The notes beneath the pieces are model-generated. The model had not been told where the DNA came from. It searched no databases and was given only the letters and a program-made list of their open reading frames with translations. DNA of 61,391 bases, filler included, from Sphacelaria rigidula (taxonomy: Eukaryota), in assembly GCA_964200075.2 (NCBI GenBank). It is 10 parts of 10 records of this genome, joined end to end, with 100 filler letters (N's around TTAATTAATTAA, not from the genome) between each part and the next. Parts side by side here need not be neighbours in the genome. Positions count along the whole stretch, not along the records: positions 12,301 to 18,350 come from CAXNAA020022580.1; positions 18,451 to 24,499 come from CAXNAA020022581.1; 8 more parts are not named here. One strand, 5' to 3'. The position numbers were made by a program, and so were the translations under genes. Shown here one piece after another: positions 12,640-24,499 of this stretch; position 1 is the stretch's first letter, and each line of letters begins with the position of its first letter.

Positions 12640-14370
12640 ACTGCTTTTCCCACGCCTTGACGATGATTCGGTGAAGCTCCTCCAAGACGCTGTAGTTCTC
12701 CCGTATACCGTGACTAATTTCCGGATTGCCGCAGGAAGACCCTCGGGAATCGATTGCCTCCCTATTCTCGGATGTACCTAACGCGTCTTTGGCCCCGTTG
12801 GTAGTCGGCGCCGCCGCGGGTGAGACCTGGTCTTGGGTCTGCGGGATGCACATCGCCATGCTAGGGTCAATGGCGTCCGCCTTCTCATGCGGTAGCCTGT
12901 GGAAGTATCTGTCCCCCTTCTTGAACATATCCGCGGGTCTATCATCAACTTTCCACGTTTGTCTCTGTGAGCTTGGGATTGATATTCCTCAGAGTCCTCC
13001 AAGTTCATCCCTGGACTGGCGTGTTCAAGCCCTTTTGATCGTATTCAGCTCGAAGGCGTTGCTCGTGTTGACGTGGTTGTCTAGGTACGTCACGGCTTCG
13101 GTTTGTTGAAGACGCGGATATTCGACCATCGTTAAAAAAGCGAGAATATAGCCAGTTGCTTGAGCGTTCTGTTGGCCGCGAAGGTAGCTTGCCAGAGCGA
13201 TGAATTCGTTGGGACGACCTCCACGGCATTCCGCGCGTCAGATCTTACCTGCCATACATACGGTCTCGACCTTTACGTAAGTGTTGGGGTCGTACCAGCC
13301 GAGTTGGTGCGATCGTCACGATACTGCGGGTGGTATTATCTCGCTCGCCACGGTACAGACAGTCAGTGAAGCGGTGGTAAAGCTATTGATCGTGGGTATT
13401 GATGTACGATGGCCTGTTTGCTCCGATGATGCATATGCCACCACCTGCCCTCGGACGGGCGGTTCGCGACTTGTCGGCGGTCCAACTATCTGCTTCTACC
13501 TCCGTTGGTGCGGTCGTGTTTCTGTCAGTTGGTGGCGACTCGGTTGAGCTATGGGGTTGCCATATCTACGTTCGTTTGAGTGACCAAAACCTCTTTCCGT
13601 TGCTGTGCTTACACATACGATGCGTACGGGAAGTCACGGTTTGTCGGCGCATGAGAACATACTCTAGTTGATATCTCGTCTTCGGGAATTTCGTCCCCTC
13701 GAACGTGTGGGATTGACTCCCCTTACGAATGCTGAACCGGCTGTTGACCACCAATATCTTTCTGCACGGGTGGCCACTGGGGTCTGTAACCTGGCCATTT
13801 TGGGACCTTATCCGCCTTTGGCAGGGTGCGCGGGTTGGGTAGACAACTGAAGAGCATTCGCACAGCATGGACAGGATCGAAACAAAGCATGTCCTAGTCT
13901 ATAGGCGTGTGACTCCCCTGTAGACTGAAACATGCCTTGTTTCGAACCTGTCCATGCTGTGCGAATGCTCTTCAGTTGTCCACCTATTCCGCGGACCTTA
14001 CCAAATGTGGATAAGGTCCCAAAATGGCCAGGTTACAGACCCTAGTGGCCACCCGTGTGTCCTCGGCATATCATAGGGGCAGGGTGCCGTTGCCACCCTG
14101 TACGTCGCAACCGTTGGCATCTATCACCTCACTGCTGGTACTCTCTCAGTCATCAGGGTGGGTGATCCACCAGTAGTACGAACAGTTTGCGATTGAGGGG
14201 TGTTATTGCCATCAAGTCAATCAGTTCGGTCCAGGACGTGAGTTTGGCGCCAAGGGTTGCGCATTCGGTTGGAGCATACGCGGCAATGAGAGATAGGCGG
14301 GCGTTAATGCCTGTCCCCGGGATTCGTATCTTCATTACTCGCTCGCTAGCGTCCTCAGCCACAGTTTTTT
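12640..14370 (-). mobile_element. Decayed RTE-like LINE ORF2 (AP endonuclease plus linker up to start of RT)
   Basis: SERVMKIRI..LSLIAAYAPTE..WTEL..LFVL; GNG..AEDRKILVVNSRF..HTFEG..RYQLEYVL; RDKRGKLMIDP..RYFHRL..APT..LEELHRIIVKAWE; many stops and frameshifts. Confidence 0.85.
13765..14057. mobile_element. Palindromic MITE with CACGGGTGGCCAC ends and 2-bp TSD (CMC/CACTA-Mirage-like)
   Basis: Almost fully self-complementary; TG duplicated; removing it plus one TSD copy restores the LINE endonuclease frame. Confidence 0.9.
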
Positions 14371-14720
14371 ACCCTTCTCAACAAACGACTTCTTCATCGC
14401 ATGACGACCTCTGTGCCGGCTGAAGCTGTCCTTAATACCGGTGAACTGTACCCAGCGATGAGTGTCATGCTGCATTCAGGGCGTTTTGGTGGTACTGAAG
14501 TCCATCGATATCGTAGGCTAGATTTCCAACGCCGATCATTAGTGTGTACGTATGCGCAACCCCATTCATTCCGTCGATGGTCATGGTGCACATGTTACAT
14601 AGATTGCGTGTTGGGCGCAAAGGTTAAGGCAAAAGAGCTCTTTGTCATAACCTTTGGTGGGGAACAGTAGAAGACGCATTTCATCAGGATTCTGCAGGAT
14701 TGTAAAATTATGGGCATGAT

Positions 14721-15995
14721 CAAGGGTCTGTCGAGCGAAATTTTTCGGACACGTAGGCCACCCCCCCCCCCCCCCCCCCCCCCCCCCACCCCCGCTCCAC
14801 AAGAACACCCAGACCACCACCAAAACACCCCCACCCCCCCNNNNNNNNNNGCAAGAAAAAGGGCCTGTCGAACAAAATTTTTCGACAACCTGGGCCCCCC
14901 CCCCCCCCCCCCCCCCCTCCGATGGTCAATGGTCAAATGACTAAGGCAAGCAACAAATGAGTACGCCCCCTCCCGGATGGGCATTTTTTCGAAAATTGTC
15001 ATGATTTTTTCGATTTTTTTTGTGGAGTCAAGGAATTGATCAATAAACGCTGTTTTGAATATGTATGTTAATTTTGTTACAAGAAATGGATCAATAAACG
15101 CTGACAAAAACGGAAAAGTCTGGTGGGCTTTGTGGGGTTCATGTATCTGCTTCTGCTCCTTGCCCGTTCTGTCCAGATGACCTCAGATGCCGGAGGGCAG
15201 TTCCGACAATTAAAGTTATCTTGTTTTTTTCAATATATTGTCTTCCCCTTGTCCAAAAAATAAAATCCATCAGACCAACCTACCATCCATCCACCCAACC
15301 AATTAGTTAATTAATTTTTAATAAATGTTTACCTTTCCAATTGTTTTTATATTCTGTTAACTTTGTTGCAAGAAATTCATCAATGGACATTGACAAAATC
15401 CTGAGAGTTTGGTGGGATTTGCGGGGTATATGTTTGCTTCTGCTCCTTTACATATTTATAATATATATATATAATATATGATATAAGGACCATATGTTAT
15501 ATATTATATATTATAGCATAGAGCTATGTATTAATACATAATTATATAATATAGTATATGCTGCCCCTTGATGACTATTCATGTACATATAATCATATAT
15601 AATATATGTATATTGTATATGATATATGCAAAATAGTATATATTAAGGGAAAAAAGCATATGTGTAATATAGACCTATAATATTGACCTATATTATATGG
15701 CACATAATATATGAAGTATAGTATATGAAACATAATACGAAGTATATGATATGGAATATATATCATATAGCATATGATATATAATATGTGAAATATATTA
15801 TACGAAATATAATATATGAAATATAATGTATCATATATAATGTATAAGGATCTCTACTATCTACGGCAGCTGACCGCATCCGCCAACGCCTCGGCGAAAA
15901 CCAGGGGACACACGGCTGGTCCCCCCCCCCTCAAGAACTCGAATTCTCGATTTTGGGGCCTACGTGTCCCGAAATATATTTTTGACAGACCCTTG
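14721..15995. mobile_element. Non-autonomous P-superfamily-like element with 7-bp TSD and internal AT-rich tract
   Basis: TIR CAAGGGTCTGTC...GACAGACCCTTG; GCATGAT at 14714-14720 and 15996-16002; related fragments near 43070 and 55344. Confidence 0.8.
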
Positions 15996-16729
15996 GCATG
16001 ATCCAGAATAGATGGGACGACAACACACAGATGAGATGGAACAGGTGGTTCATCACTCGGTTGTGCTTTCTACTGCGTGCAATTGAGCTGGAATTCATTG
16101 CAAGTGTGGAGCCAAGGGTATATCCGACAGTTGTGCATCATTACTACAAGCATCATTGGGATTAGGTGTCCCATCCACTTCCTGCGTCTTACTTTTGGGG
16201 GTGATGAAGAACGTGACACTAAATCAGGTGGAGGCCTGCATCTATCACCACTCCACTCGCATGAACACCTCAGATACGCATGTTGCTTCATAGCAGACAC
16301 GGTACACATATTATGCTGTACTGAGTGTATTACTGTAACGCCTATACCATTGTAATGTAGTGTCTTACAGCTATATATTGTAACTTGTACCACGCTACAG
16401 ACAGTTGCAATATTGAATCTTGACGTGATGCGTGCGTGTTGCAAATGCGGAGGCGTGTACTACACATATCGCAAATATGCCCGCGTGCAGCAAAATACAA
16501 GATACGAGTATACAGGCTTTGCTTTTTATGCGCGCCTAAAATTTTGCACTACTGTAAACGGAGCGTTGCGCATAACCTTATGCGTTTTTTTTTAAAGCAC
16601 AAGCCTAGATACGAGTATAGTTTATAGTTTACGGCAACCGTTTCTTCCGGGTGACACGCGATGGTCCTTTTCCATAGATGATGTCGCACCTGATTTTTTC
16701 GTGAGGATTTTTGGCTCCCCGTATAGTAG

Positions 16730-17014
16730 CCGCTGACCGGTTGCTCTCGATGCGGAAGTTCCTGCGGCCATATGGGTTTCCTCTTCCTTCTGCCCGGGGC
16801 AGTGACCGAAGATAACGGCGAGAAGCGCATCGCAGCAGCTTTGAACACTTTCGCGCTCATTTTCAATATCCTGGTGCTCTTGGGATCAAGCGTTGCGGCC
16901 TGGACGCAGCGACAGCGGGACTCTGGAGTCGTGAAAGCCTTTTATGCTACCGCGGTGTCTTATTCCGCATGCAGCGCCGTGCTCTTCGCATATCGCTTGC
17001 ACCACGAGATCGCA
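16730..17014 (+). CDS. Possible exon of a membrane protein (two hydrophobic helices)
   Basis: Open frame GFLFLLPG..ALNTFALIFNILVLLGSSVAAW..FYATAVSYSACSAVLFAY, bounded by TAG and GT; no family recognised. Confidence 0.35.
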
Positions 17015-17636
17015 GGTTCGGGGGTGACTTTTGTATAACGTATCCTCTCGGATCTGACAGGTTTATATTGAGCGATTGCACAGTATCACACTATGGAAAT
17101 TCGCTGAGACTGAGGCCGTGTCTTATCAAATTATTTTCGTGTCGAAAACGTGCGGTCGAATCGAATTTGCTCGTTTCTGATTCGTCCACGCTGTTCATTT
17201 TCTCATAAGGTTGACGAGATGGATGCCGTGGAAGTATCAGGTACGAACAAATTCGATTCCACCGTACGTTTTCGAGTCGAAAACAATTTGATACTTATCA
17301 GTAAGACACGGCCTGACTGCTGCACTGCAGGATGATGGCATTATATTCTTCCGCGCGTTCGTCCGATCACTCTGACCTGCAATGGCGAATGTAAATGCCA
17401 GGGTGCGGTCAGAGCTGGTGGGTGCTGTCTCTGCAGAGACAGCGCGGAATATCATGCTGTGAGTAACTGTCGGACTCACTTGCACCGTGTGCAGCATGAG
17501 AACAAGAACCAAATGACATTGGATGCAACGCTCTTGCCGCCAAAGCGTGTAGAGAGCCGTGCAAGTGTAGAGAGATACTGTAAGTACATTATTAATCGAA
17601 TAATACGTATACGCATATCACGTATGTTGAAACTGG

Positions 17637-17722
17637 TGATGGTTCAAGAGATAACCAACTAGACTACTGACCAGGCAGCGCTGACTGGTCAGTGGTCTAG
17701 TTGGTTGTCTCTTGAACCGTCA
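17637..17722 (+). other. 38-bp stem / 10-nt loop hairpin overlapping a tRNA-like (SINE-like) A/B box pair
   Basis: Arms 17637-17674 and 17685-17722; A-box-like TGGTCTAGTTGG and B-box-like GGTTTGATCCC near 17739. Confidence 0.6.
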
Positions 17723-17805
17723 CAAAAGTTTGTCATGGGGGTTTGATCCCCGTCACTTTCACTCCGAGGAGGGCGACTCCCCTTGCCAGCGCTCTATCGA
17801 CTGCA

Positions 17806-18347
17806 ATCAGGACTTCTAATGTTGTCCCTTTCACCGTACGCTAGAGTTACTCGTCTCCCCCACTCATTATCAGAGTGTGTGCACTGGGGTCCTTTGCAGT
17901 ACACTCCAAACATAGCCACCAGAGTATACCCCACCCATATTCTTTGGGCCAATTTTTTACCGAGGTTATCTCTCCTTGGGGCCAATTTTTTACTGAGGTT
18001 TTCTCTCCATATAGCCACCAGGCTATACCCCACCTTTTTTCTTTAGGGCAATTTTTTACAGAGGTTTTCTCTCCTTGGGACCACTTTTTTTCAAGAGGTT
18101 TTCTCTCCTCTTTTTTTCTTCAAAGAAAGTGCGTCCGGCGGGGATCGAACCAGCGACTAACAAAAAATTGGCCCCAAGGAGAGATAACCTCGGTAAAAAA
18201 TTGGCCCGAAGAATATGGGTGGAGTATAGTCTGGTGGCTATGTTTGGAGTGTACTGCTAAGGACCCCAGTGCACACACTCTTGGAATGAGTGGGGGAGAC
18301 GACTAACTCCAGGATACGGTGAGAGGGACGACACTAGAAGTCCTGAT
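17806..18347. mobile_element. Foldback element with ~190-bp inverted arms, possibly truncated by contig end
   Basis: atcaggacttcta...gcactggggtcc...gccaatttttt is mirrored at ~18158-18347. Confidence 0.75.
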
Positions 18348-19073
18348 GACNNNNNNNNNNNNNNNNNNNNNNNNNNNNNNNNNNNNNNNNNNNNTTAATT
18401 AATTAANNNNNNNNNNNNNNNNNNNNNNNNNNNNNNNNNNNNNNNNNNNNTCCCTCCCATCTCCCGGACCGCAATCACCCCTGACACGACACCCGAAACA
18501 CAACATTCGTGAGATTCAGAGGGTTGTTTCAGATTCGGAGTGAGACCCGAAACAATCGACTTTCCAGTCGTTTTTGACATCGCCACAGATCGAGGAGTAA
18601 TGCGCCCAGCTAGTGATGCGGTGGCTTCAATGACAGTTGTCACCTGCACGATCATTTGGACACACCACTTGATCGCAACAAATGATAATGCTCAAGCAAA
18701 AAACAAAAATAATAAAATTTTGCGGTAGGGAACGCTGGGTTATCCACCCCCACTCTGATACTACCCTCTGAACCTCCACGAATAGGGTCTTCCGGGTGCA
18801 TCACGGTGAGAAACCCAGTTGAGCAATCAAGTTTCCCGTCACAGGTGTTCAACGGGTCTGTGTCGCATATAAAACCGCATGTGGACTGGGTTGGACCATG
18901 GCATGTGCGAGATTCAGAATCATTATTTCGCCATAATATCACGCGCCTCTTGTCATGACCATGCGTGTGTAGTACATACGCGTAGACACCAGTACACGAA
19001 AGTCCTAGACCGGTTTTGAGCGCAAGATGTGTATCCACTCACATATAACAGTGTTTTCGTGAGATTGAGAGTA

Positions 19074-19953
19074 CAGTGGGGGTTCCGATTTAAGAGCATC
19101 CGGAGTAAGAGAGTCCCCGATTCAAGAGCGGTTGAAGTGGCTTGGCACGCACCGCTCTTAAATCGGACCCAATTTCCTTCGACCGCTCTTGAATCGGACC
19201 CCATCCGCACCCGCCGCACCCGCCTGTAGAACTCGTTGGAAAACTCGTCCTACAACTTGTACATAGGTAAGTACAGCAGTACAGTACGGTACTGGTGCAC
19301 AGCAGTCCCTCGCCTACACCACACATAAGCAGGTGGATAAGGAGGGTCGATACTGCTGTACAGCAGTACAGCAGCAGTAGTCTCTACTGCTGTACAGCAC
19401 TGTCACGGTTTGAAGTGCGATGCCTTGTGTGGCGGGATCGCTCTGCAAATTTCCGCTGCTGACGCCGGACTCCCGGCATCCCACTGTGTTACCTCAAAGT
19501 ATACATACTATTTTTTACTACTGCTGTGAATTAAAGCAACACCGCAGTTCACTCTCTTGAAAAAAAAGGGAATCAATCGTGTCACCCTCTTTCATTTTTT
19601 ACGTCACTGCTCGTATTGCTTCAAGTCCCTTGCGCCAGAAAAAACATGTTCGTTGAAGCAACGACCCAGTCAGGGTGGCTCGTGCTGCTGTCTGCCGATC
19701 TTTGTCTTGACCTGACGAAACAGCAGACGTAACGACACGGTGAAACCATTTCGACACATCTGCTCTCCCAAAGGATGCGAAGAAACACATTTCGATGCTT
19801 AGAATGCTCCTACCGAGCTCTGCGGGGAAACGTGCCGCAAAAGAGGAGCTGTTACTACTTCACACGATAGCCTCGCAGAAGCCCGTGCTGTACTGTAAAA
19901 CACATATGTCCGATATAAGGGCACAGACTGCTCTTAAATCGGAACCCCCACTG
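19074..19953. mobile_element. Non-autonomous DNA transposon with 25-bp CAGTG-ended TIRs
   Basis: CAGTGGGGGTTCCGATTTAAGAGCA and its reverse complement at 19929-19953; internal subterminal repeats; TSD not resolved. Confidence 0.7.
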
Positions 19954-20772
19954 AGGATACGATTCAGAGTGAAAAGCGGTCAACCAGTGAACGAATCGTT
20001 TCAGTTCCGAAATACACTTCCACGAGGCCCAACATGCTTTCTACAACAATCGCTGCAGTTGGCCGCTGAGGCCCTTGATATCCCTGGATAGGATGTCGAC
20101 GTGTAGCTGTAAGCACACGCAAGTGATGGAGGTGAAGAAAGGTACACGTGGAATAAGAAAATGACTCACTTAAAGCGAATGATCAAAGCCACCCTCAATC
20201 GTATCTTCTACTACCCTCAAATATGCGGATCCAATGATGGGTCTCATAGACTGGAAAACGGGTCATACCACCCCCCTCCCAGTACAGCACTGTCGTCATT
20301 TCAAAGCTCGATTACCCCATGACAAAGAGGGTGCCAATACCGAACGACGCGTTTTCGGACAAACAAGATCTTTTCAGCGTCACCCTTTCCAGAACTGATG
20401 CTCTTTTTGTGGAGAGGTCGAGCTTTGAAATTCGGTCAAGGAGGTCAGCGATGGGTCTCAACGTGCATCGTGTACCGTTTTCACCGCACTGCAGGGATCG
20501 AGGATATGACTGCTGCATACTGCCTGCACTACGGTACTACACACAGGATTAACTTCGAATAATGTGCGTGTATTACTGCTGTGTACTACTGCCTGGACTC
20601 CGGTACCACGCGCGAAGGCTTCGTCGAGTTTGAAAACATCCGCAACGTTCATTTATCCGATTTAAAAAAATGGGCTCCTGAATTAAAAAACGATGCGGAA
20701 CCGGTACCAAAAAAACGATGGCAACGAGGATCGTCACGGACACATCTGACCGATCTTGGAGATCATACTCAC

Positions 20773-21438
20773 GTGATTCTCGACACCGATGGAGCACCCG
20801 GGTTCTTCTTGGCGTTCTCAATGAGGTTCTTCGACACCCCGTAGGCTCGAGCGAAAAAACGATTACAAACCACGCCGTCGGAAGCATGCATGGATCCCAT
20901 GTTCTTACCTGGTTTTTGATACGGTACGTGCCCTCGTACCTCAACTCAGTCTGGCTTGCCGCGCGACGATACGATTGAGGTCCTCTTGCTCGAACGCCAA
21001 CCTCCGAGCATCAAGCGTCCCTTCAAGGAACCGCTCTACACACCGTAAACTGCGGCAGCACTCGAAACTCGATGCGATCATATCGTGCAGCTCCATCGGT
21101 CGTGTGGGGAGAGCTGCAGCCGACACCGGAATAATCGACTCGAGGAGAGGTTCCTCTCGTTGCCGTCCTTGTGGAGTCAAGCCGCCGACATGCCCACATG
21201 ATGATGCAATGTTCCGCTCTGCGGATTCAACGGAGGTCGCGAACAGGAGGCGACCTGCCTCTGTGATAGGCATCAACGCACGCTCGACACTAATTCCTCT
21301 GGTGCGTTGGTGTTTCAGAGTAAGTGTTGTCGATACTTCGTGCCGGCTGGGGGCAGGGCGGTGATGCTCCGGTAATAATTGAGATTCTGCAGCAGTTCCG
21401 TACCTTGCCCTATCTTGTCGGGATTTTAAAAGCAACAT
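20773..21438 (-). pseudogene. Transposase-like N-terminal region (Sola/DUF7869-like Cys-rich motif), frameshifted, followed by a splice donor
   Basis: FECCRSLRCVERFLEGTLDARRLAFEQED..RQARL, 1-nt frameshift near 20940, then VRGHVP..DGVVCNRFFARAYGVSKNLIENAK and GTGAGT donor at 20772; by eye resembles the CC-C..R..F..VC..F..YG(V/I)S pattern of Sola-type transposases. Confidence 0.55.
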
Positions 21439-21920
21439 GCCCTGACCGCTAGAATGTCGGGGTAAACATACTGTGGTTCTGTGCGCAACCGCCTATGTGC
21501 ACCAGAAGCACAAACAGGTAATGGGACATATGTCGACAAATATCGGAATCATTAAGTCTTTCACCTGCCTGACTGGTAGGATTCGTAATATGGCATGGCA
21601 ATCGACGCGCTGCAAACGGGCCATCATCCCACAGGAAGTGACGACCGTAACAAACACGTGGACGTACTACTCACCAACTACGATAATATCAGTCAACACG
21701 GATAATCCGTACTCATGTGAGTTTGATATGACCCAAATATGTCGCTACGTCCCCATTGCAGGTGGCTTCGCGGGTGCCCTGGGTAACGTGCCCCGATCAT
21801 GCTCGATCCCACCCCCCTCTCCCCCCCTCGCACCCCCCAGCGCAACACAACCCACTCCGCTGCTGCCTGCGGCCTGCGTCCCAATACACTCAAGCAGCAG
21901 GCTACCATTGTTTCAGGCGA

Positions 21921-24499
21921 ATGGATTCCCCTCAGATCAGAAGCCAACCGTCAGGTGCAGTAGCGCCAGTACAGCGGAACATGGAAAGCCTCCTCGCAAG
22001 CCACTACGTCGGTACGTTCCCGATAAAGTTATCTCAAATCACTGTGACGTCCCTCACGCGCGAGTTGAACCCTCGTGGAGTGGAAAAGGTCATCATTTCG
22101 TTGAAGTCAAAGGGGTGGCTTACGAACAATCCGCCGGCCATCGTGATGCCGCACCAAGGAGTTCCGGAAGAAGGAGGAGTAACAGCAGAGTTTCTCGCGA
22201 CGTGTGCTTTTCGCGTCTTAGACGGAAACCATCGCATATCTGCCGCAAGATCGATGTTCGAGCAAAATCACTGCGTGCCCTGTCGAGTGTACCACGAATT
22301 TGGGCCAGAGGCCATGCGCATCCTCGGCGACGGTGAGTCGTGAGGTTGATTGATGGTATTTTCTGTGGCCACGTGCCCCCGCTATCGTTTCGAGAGCACC
22401 GAACTATCTTCTTATGATGCCAAAAACGTTGTGGTATGGCCTAGTGTTTGAAAAGTGCCGACACAATGGTTGGGTCATCCGACTCAGGTATGTACCAAAA
22501 AACGGTTGTTGTGACTCCACACGCGTTTAGCGCTAGGAATTGAGGCTCGGCCTCTCACACGGCTCGTCTGCGGGTCTATGATTGAAGCGACGGTTCGCGT
22601 GTGCCTGAGGTGTAGACGTTGGATCCTTGACTAATTTTCCTCATGTTTTTCGGATATTGTTTTCATGCTTTTCGCCTCTACCTTTTTCGTTTTCGGCAGG
22701 CACATTTTTTTTTTGTGTGCTTTTTTTCTTTTTTTTGGTGTGCCTTTTTTTTGTGTGTGTGTGCCTTATTTCTTTTTCAGCCCCTAAAAAAGGAAATCGG
22801 CACCTCAAGGGTTTTTATGCACCTTTCTTTTTCGGGCTCTGAAAAAAGAGTATGGCCCTTCACTTGGCATACACGACTGTGCCGGCAGGTATATCTTTGC
22901 TTCTGCGCCTGGGTGTTTCCGGTTGCCGTTTGCATACATGTACTTGTTGGCGAGAATTCGCACGTTTCAGGGCATGTCTCCGCACTTTTGTCTCGAGCGA
23001 ACAAAAAGAGCGGTGGAATTGAGTCAAGTGGATCGTTTTCGTGTGAATGCAGTTGGGCCCGGATGGATTTATAAGCTTCAGATCCAAAAACGACAATGAA
23101 CTTCGTGAGACGGTACATGGTCTGTACCGTTTGCACTGCCTGCAAGTAGAATGTCTTGAGTGCGTGTGTGCGTGTTTCGCGCAGGAGAAGATAAAGGGGA
23201 AGTTGACAATCTGCAGTTCAGACAGCCCGAGGCCATCGGTCCTTTCTGCTTATAACTACTGTAGTGTACGTATCCCTGTGCTCAACTCGTGCTCTATGCT
23301 GCATGGTTGCGGTAGTACCTGTGAATGAGTTGGATGGTGTTTGCATGGTCCTGTGAACGGGTGTTATGTGGCGTGGTGGTCCGTAAGACAGGGGTCAGGT
23401 GCCGCTTCGTGCCTTTCGAATGCATGATTTTGATAGAAAAATTATGATTTTTCACCCGTTACATTCTTCTCCGCGCGCCGCTGATTAAAATTCTGAGTTG
23501 AAGCCTTCGATACACGTGAAGGCAATGGACCTATCAGATGGTCAGAATAAACTTCGATCGCACTTTTTCGATTGAAAAAAAAGGTCCGGTACCACGCCCT
23601 CACACACCCGATCTCGTCCTTGCGGGGAATATCTGCGAGACTTGCGACACATCTGGGATGTTTTCCCCGAAAGTCCCTAACTTTTCATATTTTTTCTGCG
23701 ATGATGTGTGACGGCCGTTTCTCTCCGACAAGAAGCAAAAATCTGTTCCGTTTCTCGCTTCTTTCGTAAGTAAAGAGGTACGAAGGATCAAAGAGACGAA
23801 TTTATAGATTTATGTTGTTGTTGCCAGCATCAGCTGCGTCAGAGAGGATAACGTTTCGAATAGAAAGTCTGGCACATCGGTGCTAAATAACCGCGTCAAC
23901 CGTTGCTGCTGCCTGCCTGCCTTCGAATAGCTTTAAACGATGTCAGCGAGACTCTGTCTCCCCGCAACACGTACGACAAGCCTAACATGTTCGTTGGGAT
24001 CATAACCTCGGTCCAGGAGAGGATGGGAAGCAATGCCGTCACGGGGGAACAAATGGCGAAGGAGTTCACGAACGTGAGTAGTGGAATGTGAAACACGGGG
24101 TAGTACAAAACCGGGTCTTCATTACACGAGGACGATGGCGGGCATTGGGTGAGGTTTAAAGTCGTATTGTATCATATGTACGTTACGTCTCGGAACCGAG
24201 TCAATTCCGCTCGTATTGTGGTAAACTAGTGGCCGGACGGTTTACGACGCGTGCGCTGCATCTCCCACCCACTCGTACGCCGAGAAACAATCCAGTGTGT
24301 AGCGAACACATTCACCGCATCTGATGCATGTTTTTCTGCACGGTCCGATGGTGTCCCCCCCGTTACCGATAACAGCTGGGTTTGAATTCTCTGTCGCTGG
24401 TGACGATGCGGCACTGGCGGAAGGCCTGCTTCTCCACTACACCGGAAGCAATGAAGGCCATTACCTGGGCGTTCCAGACGTCGGACCCCGGTATCGACG
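21921..24499 (+). CDS. Spliced ParB/Sulfiredoxin-like domain protein with HTH, 3' truncated by contig end
   Basis: Exons 21921-22332, 23931-24073, 24376-24499 join in frame via GTGAGT..AG introns (phase 1, phase 0). Product: IKLSQITV..RELNPRGVEKVIISLKSKGWL..PPAIV..FRVLDGNHRISAAR..VPCRVY..D|ALNDVSETLSPRNTYDK..VTGEQMAKEFTN|LGLNSLSLVTMRHWRKAC..PEAMKAI. An upstream exon is possible (CAG at 21914-21916). Confidence 0.8.
22960..23565 (+). repeat. Dispersed repeat inside ParB-like intron 1; related copy at ~47525-48320
   Basis: Shared gtttcagggc, gagcggtggaattga, tatccctgtgctcaactc, tgagttggatgg, tgagttgaagccttc, ctatcagat. Confidence 0.8.

Noticed and set aside
17679..17762. Functional tRNA gene (also B-box-like motifs near 18140 and 45200)
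   Set aside because: No convincing cloverleaf or anticodon arm; at most tRNA-derived repeat heads
21921..22332. Calling the ParB-like exon sulfiredoxin or bacterial contamination
   Set aside because: Lacks the catalytic Cys of GCHR, continues into an HTH, and is split by GT-AG introns containing a host repeat
21473..22336. 287-aa plus-strand ORF overlapping the ParB-like exon
   Set aside because: Alternative frame with no recognisable motif; the other frame has the ParB motifs and splices in phase
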